From the IMG/VR virus record IMGVR_UViG_3300010150_000056, positions 1 to 37,766 of that record: a stretch of 37,766 bases of DNA. The stretch is one strand, 5' to 3'. A model generated the notes under the pieces. That model searched no databases. It was given only the letters and a program-made list of their open reading frames with translations, and was not told where the DNA came from. Below are positions 35,001 to 37,766 of this stretch, in pieces (position 1 is the stretch's first letter; each line of letters starts with the position of its first letter). Both the position numbers and the translations under genes were made by a program. Origin of the DNA: a virus (taxonomy: Duplodnaviria > Caudoviricetes).

Positions 35001-37386
35001 TATCAGGGTTACCTAGGTCAATGATGCTGTCATCTTGCCATTCCTGAAGTGCTCTGTTGTAGTCGAAGATAGGTACAACACCAGTAACTTGTACTGAACT
35101 CAATACACTCAAGCTACCAGCACTAATAACATCGGTAAGGATTGTTACCAGGGTTTGAATGTTTGTCTGAACGTCAATACATGCACCAGGGTTACCAGAC
35201 TCGTCATACTCGATGTCAGGGGTGTTAGCACCTGCAATAGCAGGTCCAGGGGAGATAGTCAGATCCTTGTCATACAAGGAGTTAGTGACTGCCAGCTTCA
35301 TCATGTCACGCGCTTTATTATAAGCGGTGATGCTTTCTACCTCTTCACCAACAATACCATTTGCTAGAGGAGATCCTTCTCTGTCAAAGTAACTCTTTGC
35401 TACAGAGATAGTGTTGCTGTTGCCACCGTTTCTGATGTCAGCAAGAACACCCTCAACAATAAAACCGATGTCACGCTTACACTTGGTCTCGCCAGGTGTC
35501 TCGTGATCAGTAACAACTTCAGCAGGAAGTTGAGTTAGGTTACCATCAGTTAGGACAGTCTCTACAATAGCGGCAAGGGTGCCAACCATGCTAGCAACAT
35601 CAGCACATAGAGGAGTACCGTTAGGATCAGCAGTGATGGTCGAATCTTTTGAGAATAGTTCATTTCTGAACGCATCAATCATCAGATCTCGTGCTTTATT
35701 AAACGCAACGATAGACTCTGTTTGCTCATTTTCTAGAGAACCACTAATGAACGCATTGCCTGCTTCATTGAAGTATGTCTTCAGATACTTACGAGTGTAT
35801 CTGTTACCACCTGCAAGTGCAACGTCAAGAGAGATAGCGTCGATGTACTCACCAAGGTCACGCTTACACTCAACTTCATTTGCACTAGCGAAGTTTCCTA
35901 GGTTTTCAACAGGAAGTTGTGATAGATTGCCATCGTTAATGACAGTAGTAAAAATCTGCGTTAGTGTAGCGATTGCAGACTGTACGTTAGCACAACCACC
36001 ACCATCTACAGTGATAGTAGCATCCTGAACCAACAAGATGTTGTTGACTGCAGATTGCATCAAATCACGAGCTTTGTTGAAAGCAGTGATAGATTGTGCT
36101 TCTTCTCCTAGTAGACCGTTAGCAATTGGGGATCCAGTGTTATCAAAATACGTACCAGTAAAACGGCGAGTGTACTCGTTACCACCACTAACCAGATCAA
36201 GCCCAAGATAGTCAACAAATATACCCAGATCTCGCTTACATTTTGCTTCATTTGTTAGATCAGATCCTAGTGTTTCTGCAGGAATTCCTGCTGTATCAGC
36301 AGCAGTAAATGCATCAGTAACAATCTGTACCAAGACATTGATTGCAGACTCTACGTTAGCACATGAATTGGGATCAATCGTAATAGTAGCATCAGTGATT
36401 GTCAACTGATTCTTCATTGCTTGGATCATCAGATCCCTAGCAGCATTATATGCGTCATTTGTAGACAGCACTTCACTAATGATGTAAGAGAATACACCAC
36501 CTTGGAAATACTTCAGGGTGAACTTACGGGTATACTCGTTACCACCTTTTACAAGGTCAATACCAACGTAATCAATTAGAAGACCGATGTCACGCTTACA
36601 CTTTACCTCATCAGCAGGATCAGCGGCATTAGCACCAGCCTGCATTGCAGTCCAAGCACTATCAATAATTTCAGTTCTGTTCTGCTGGATTAGACGATAT
36701 GCATCCTTAAATCTGTATACAGGATCGTCTGCAGGGTCGCCAGGGAAGAAGAAATCAGGGTGTGCTACAGCAATTTCTGCTGCTGCCCTATCAACAATTT
36801 CTCTCTTGTTCTGTTGGATTAGGCGATATCCATCTTTAAATCTATATTCAGCTTCTGTTGTACCATTACCACCAGGATAGAAGAAGTCAGGGAATTCAAC
36901 TGCAAGATGTGCTGCTGATTTGTCTACAATCTCCTTGCGATTCAACTGTACTAGACGATATGCGTCAGCAAATCGTGACCCATCATCGGTTTGATTGTCA
37001 CCAGGATGGAAGAAATCAGGGTGTTGTACGAAAATTTCTGCAGCAGAACGATCAACAATGAGCTGTTTATTCGCTTCAATTAGATTACCAGAATCAAAAT
37101 ATCTCGATTCAGGATTAGCCGTCTCTACAAGACCAGGACGGTTATCAATGTAGTGGTTACCAGGCATCAGCATGATGCTGAACTGGTCAAACCTATCGTT
37201 ATCCTTACCAGGTAGGTAAGAGTATCTTGATACCTCTAGAAACGCCCTCTGGATGGACTTAAACGGACGTAGTGGGGAGTTACCTCTATTGTCTAACTCA
37301 TCTGTCGCGTTAAAGTCATCTGGCGATACATATAGATACTTACCTGTTTTACTTGAGTAAAGATTATCAAGTCTTGTAAGAGGCAT
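26020..37386 (-). CDS. giant virion structural / tail fibre protein (3788 aa) with phycobiliprotein-like helical repeats
   Basis: Late promoter upstream; N-terminal LYVSP.D.NATD...N.G.S..RPFKSIQRA typical of cyanomyovirus giant fibre proteins; beta-rich GDLTVNG segments; C-terminal LP.....GD.I.I.D...LVF....GW (T4 gp9/gp10-like); five [KE]C.RD.G repeats. Confidence 0.85.
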   Translation of the reverse strand: MPLTRLDNLYSSKTGKYLYVSPDDFNATDELDNRGNSPLRPFKSIQRAFLEVSRYSYLPGKDNDRFDQFSIMLMPGNHYIDNRPGLVETANPESRYFDSGNLIEANKQLIVDRSAAEIFVQHPDFFHPGDNQTDDGSRFADAYRLVQLNRKEIVDKSAAHLAVEFPDFFYPGGNGTTEAEYRFKDGYRLIQQNKREIVDRAAAEIAVAHPDFFFPGDPADDPVYRFKDAYRLIQQNRTEIIDSAWTAMQAGANAADPADEVKCKRDIGLLIDYVGIDLVKGGNEYTRKFTLKYFQGGVFSYIISEVLSTNDAYNAARDLMIQAMKNQLTITDATITIDPNSCANVESAINVLVQIVTDAFTAADTAGIPAETLGSDLTNEAKCKRDLGIFVDYLGLDLVSGGNEYTRRFTGTYFDNTGSPIANGLLGEEAQSITAFNKARDLMQSAVNNILLVQDATITVDGGGCANVQSAIATLTQIFTTVINDGNLSQLPVENLGNFASANEVECKRDLGEYIDAISLDVALAGGNRYTRKYLKTYFNEAGNAFISGSLENEQTESIVAFNKARDLMIDAFRNELFSKDSTITADPNGTPLCADVASMVGTLAAIVETVLTDGNLTQLPAEVVTDHETPGETKCKRDIGFIVEGVLADIRNGGNSNTISVAKSYFDREGSPLANGIVGEEVESITAYNKARDMMKLAVTNSLYDKDLTISPGPAIAGANTPDIEYDESGNPGACIDVQTNIQTLVTILTDVISAGSLSVLSSVQVTGVVPIFDYNRALQEWQDDSIIDLGNPDNVFYKFNSTEGGCIVPRGCSLIGYDLRRTIIRPLYVPDPVDGDQERTGIFKLTGGCYLWQFTIKDGDLSENSPLYDQADKVGKVYYKKNSTDLKIPEYSHHKICIMTYAGNDELDRYYEKVGRAFAQFQPTIDDGELEALVQETRIVGPLSDTRTVEQIQVVDIPGTSQSRLTVTTKIEHGYFKGQYIAVINSGLSDEVNGTFKVDAIDDNNPKVFTYIIPITAAGLGLVSGTTYSTANGLGTSAVIQAEIDSVESASPYVFNCSIRSTWGQCGMWADGSKATGFKSMVVAQYTGVSLQKDDRAFIRYDRFTNTWNQASLTDAFATIPYHTKGDAYWKDEWRNFHIRASDDSFIQCVSVFAVGFHDHFLMESGGDMSITNSNSNFGNTSLHSIGFKGFAFNQDKGGYIDAIIPPKVVNTNVEAIKKNAYYTLDIEASNDVSNNTKLYLAGDTNKDPASRPAASIDGYRIGAKQDDRLYVKLPSGGVGGKQTYHGTLEPSGIKSVTASLDTLTPANLNVLFDLDGDGNDDFNKAYDAANLIEKNRSYLAEETYGYITAQYPALLTNTSLTITKCERDIGFIVDAVVKDLRVGGNINTVYASESYISSGNVSYVDTELTETLIAYDYLKRLIFGVIRNGTLLIKNCTTSTSSPNIVVGDTSGLTTGMQVSEYSENDFVNGFLTQGSSRLGTNLLGSGPLVITQIINATTIEVADPATGQVYQPQLDSSTAWLYFENVNQYSSSPRIVDLTITQDDTYPECTNIVSAIEGYFDVVNLVLNGNGNQVTRVEAIIESSSLIGRATVFVIDTGNGDTDPHGFQTGTPVRLIPRATNPAVDKRLVRLPRGFETNRPYYVIAPGRDTYPNSFNNTSEFDNTAGTKLMLAATKENAAAGIYIYSSETESMSPDVELLVQQQILDENYDLHRYVCNVSGIYIETDIPHTFDVPVPNVPAQTIFFSTSGDASSQLPTISGAGDVATDVYYFPRFISKTKFSVHTTQADAQAGTNAVIFTANSGSDFIVYGNKKTSPLKYDPVDFQRWYLNVKDESSGGTDPNAILTRFHATDFVDGTGNLFTPDTYYERIEDDRSALDRVYRLRYVLPQYLQTVREPLNGYVIKSRTDDRRRLKAQKFYLEPFSNGAPAVAQFFNPARPTEQLGLSLADLDAASVDITGGFYDPYENPLQIEFESKIATTIQCAKTISVDPQGTGTLVDRLELTVFDHTIINQQLKNEIFTVIEIGPPQGAGIQTSIYNSNSDNYVSWTGYCSGSGYVHAYYQADGTAFVILKNITGKIDYDVYSPTNFVQNNGTFFNLTGQPDAYPTSRSRSDRKNFLYRIEGANVYTAVPGDKITTPGGDTYTVSQLDDVPDIDDTFYIFNIETIQEQIPLQQDGIYYLTCVRGNISPYPLGAGVGENFHYYKFSQPISNLYPLDYKNDPLWFQVSLTTGARDLTILDPPASAAAADNYVHGLVTLNDYKFSETKEAVVDLTRTSPFAAYEFTNTTSNLNSIILDNRIQAQEGNASVGSENRQIPISGDSVYPLERKFYAELRRPSIARSGNHTFEYLGFGPGNYSTGFPLRQEVVLSDKQDFYAQAKREDGGIVFYTGLNSNGDLYIGNRKINAITGEETFLEQAVLEDSGDDDEGIGALVTTFDTAVTFNDKVTIEGDTFLNNPVTINVDPLEGDALRILSLVDTGDDPTQDRSSFRDTRDGDIILTKNQIEAAVYKFNPRGNVNDPGQVYTWRTHYTGGLPSNASPDNTGLLSAGQGGTAFYTLQSITYGSSILPAAGDVLYKGLEVGSSGSMGWVYSNFFTELGDLQIFSITSNNTAELTITWAAGLDNNGLGIRVGENLRISNFSNSFLNGTWAVLAGGFSGTGNTCTIRIFNEIAQNTYAWADEGPGAKMEISKSRWKETGIIGAEALRTRTEVPGDYRLGINTIGRMAKEGVLTASVSAETDPRSNLDVVGNAFISGKNLVSYDAVGAVTANNYLAEPSVGKTYFALTNAFLVGGDSSDPDDFATLRVATSDLAVADQSSTYRVGGRVGINTSIGLDASTELDKNFVVIGDSRFTGNVQIQDDLSVDGGDINSTSETFRFLTDNVDFLIAASDTESFNIGNNTTSDQLINIGNNVSDASSHTLRVGANAGVTTFEVHKRSTNAFVDIASVEDVVGSACSIKIGGAAPNLNSQTLIGTYQTKLNGTLEVGAFAGTSTTRIFTTAATLNIGDGQNTTKVTIGANSSTVDIAALGGRTTIRNSLLVQGSTTSNSTIKLSGGLNAGIIAIDRARFGTSPSEHIVGSLDNPNITFLKYIQLGRQIDTAGVGPWGGDQYLLSGGQIAAIDNITPESSATWVANETYSFITPTGGTGSGALFTVQVLSNGTADISLVSPGSGYSDNDLLTIEASKLGNSGGADLSFRVNGTNDSGNVYLLPITKPSVNDFQIGDLLFIERAVEVTGQDTNISPVGEEYSELLEVAGLTNITDPADPLGFRILVTRAKDGTTARQDHPDNVIISKFDKQLNASFITGFDFDNNGTLDPTSSVTINDTAVLTIVADGTDIVTINWNNETNTSVGADYGEFITIAGSNIVGLNGTWPIQGGISGPASSLEIKTSQYVSTGTYVWSDQAAAAEVKINSGAGLLADSASVRIGVAEFGGVLTTSDYLLLSDSEIVKVDALVSTDIQSLVVTDGGDPEVEVFKVESTTGNTFVGNTLSVGQGFNKFVVDGGTGDTVTQGKLTTNNDLTVRGSVVELTQFFTLTNGGSSGTAERNTLRVDTATGDLEIYGGDFNIFGPDGTTPRLQFNNSSGDFTTFGSFSALGTGTSVFGGSILAAGDLTVNGGDLTVNSGGNEVFGVDEDGAVTVAGISNYFSQTGGRKWVYSDSFDVDAEANTNYFLNISQNTVVKLPSGALIGDMIRIVDIGGLLTYNLSLVVRAPSTIKVQNASDNTGTTLLTGNTADLNGYDGGELVVQTPNAGFALVFAGTTDPDGNTAVPIGKDGWFLIEV

Positions 37387-37423
37387 AATTAACCCGTTCC
37401 TTCTAGGACTATTTCTTCTGGAT

Positions 37424-37431
37424 TATTTATA
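37424..37431 (-). promoter_or_regulatory. T4-type late promoter
   Basis: Perfect TATAAATA 37 nt upstream of the giant gene ATG. Confidence 0.85.
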
Positions 37432-37462
37432 CAATAAAACCTCCCCTTGTGAGGGAGGTTTT
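37432..37462 (-). terminator. rho-independent terminator
   Basis: aaaacctccc-N7-gggaggtttt perfect inverted repeat; on the minus strand the GC stem is followed by TTTTATT. Confidence 0.85.
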
Positions 37463-37510
37463 AAGCACACGGAAGGGGTTCTGGTTTGGCAATAATGCTA
37501 TTATTGCCAA

Positions 37511-37584
37511 CTCCCCCGACTGGAATCGAACCAGTAACATCCAAATTAACAGTTTGGCGCTCTGCCTGATTGAGCTACAGGGGA
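37511..37584 (-). tRNA. trnN: tRNA-Asn(GTT)
   Basis: TCCCCTG/CGGGGGA acceptor stem, TAGCTCAATCAGGCAGAGC D-arm, CCAAA-CTGTTAA-TTTGG anticodon arm, ACTGG-TTCGATT-CCAGT T-arm; CCA not encoded. Confidence 0.97.
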
Positions 37585-37766
37585 TTGTTTACCTTTTCTT
37601 CCTTCTTTTTTTGATAGTAGAGTTTGTAGTATCTACGTTTTATTTCTTCAAGAGTTTCCATGTCTTCTTTCAACCCCATATATTTGAGATTTTGATAAGA
37701 TCCTTCTAAATCACTAATGAGTAGAAGGATATTCATGGAGGTCACTGGACGACCACCAAAATTGTA
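37575..37766 (-). CDS. conserved hypothetical protein, 3' part (starts outside window)
   Basis: Manual translation YNFGGRPVTSMNILLLISDLEGSYQNLKYMG..EDM.TLEEIKRRYYKLYY...NNPL*. Confidence 0.7.
   Translation of the reverse strand, partial: YNFGGRPVTSMNILLLISDLEGSYQNLKYMGLKEDMETLEEIKRRYYKLYYQKKKEEKVNNPL

Noticed and set aside
26020-37386. Intein or intron in the giant gene
   Set aside because: Continuous ORF; no intein terminal motifs or homing endonuclease signature recognised
220-37709. All plus-strand ORFs and short alternative-frame minus ORFs in the track
   Set aside because: They are shadows of densely packed minus-strand genes, with no motifs or supporting signals; 37449..37709 is antisense to the tRNA and a real CDS

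Overview
This is a fragment of a T4-like cyanomyovirus genome (Synechococcus/Prochlorococcus phage type). Every credible gene is on the minus strand, so reading runs right to left. The right end holds a partial conserved gene, tRNA-Asn(GTT), a terminator and a T4-type late promoter. A tail-fibre operon follows: a 3788-aa giant virion protein, two tail-collar proteins, five tandem paralogous 'tip' proteins, and a third collar protein (1187 aa) with an N-terminal Ig-like stalk. Next come a fibre chaperone and three 2OG-Fe(II) oxygenases. The left 8.5 kb is an early/accessory region of about 35 small ORFs (CP12-like, 2OG oxygenase, pyrimidine-dimer glycosylase, AbrB-like) driven by repeated sigma70-type and bipartite-motif promoters. 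Two observations stand out. (1) The giant fibre carries five phycobiliprotein-like domains that keep both beta-subunit bilin-attachment cysteines, four of them apparently nested. (2) The five tip proteins have different N-terminal adhesin-like domains but all end in the first half of an Ig-like repeat, and the missing second half forms the N-terminus of the 1187-aa hub. This suggests interchangeable receptor-binding tips docked by split-domain complementation. All family assignments are by eye from recalled motifs; no searches were run and novelty is unverified.
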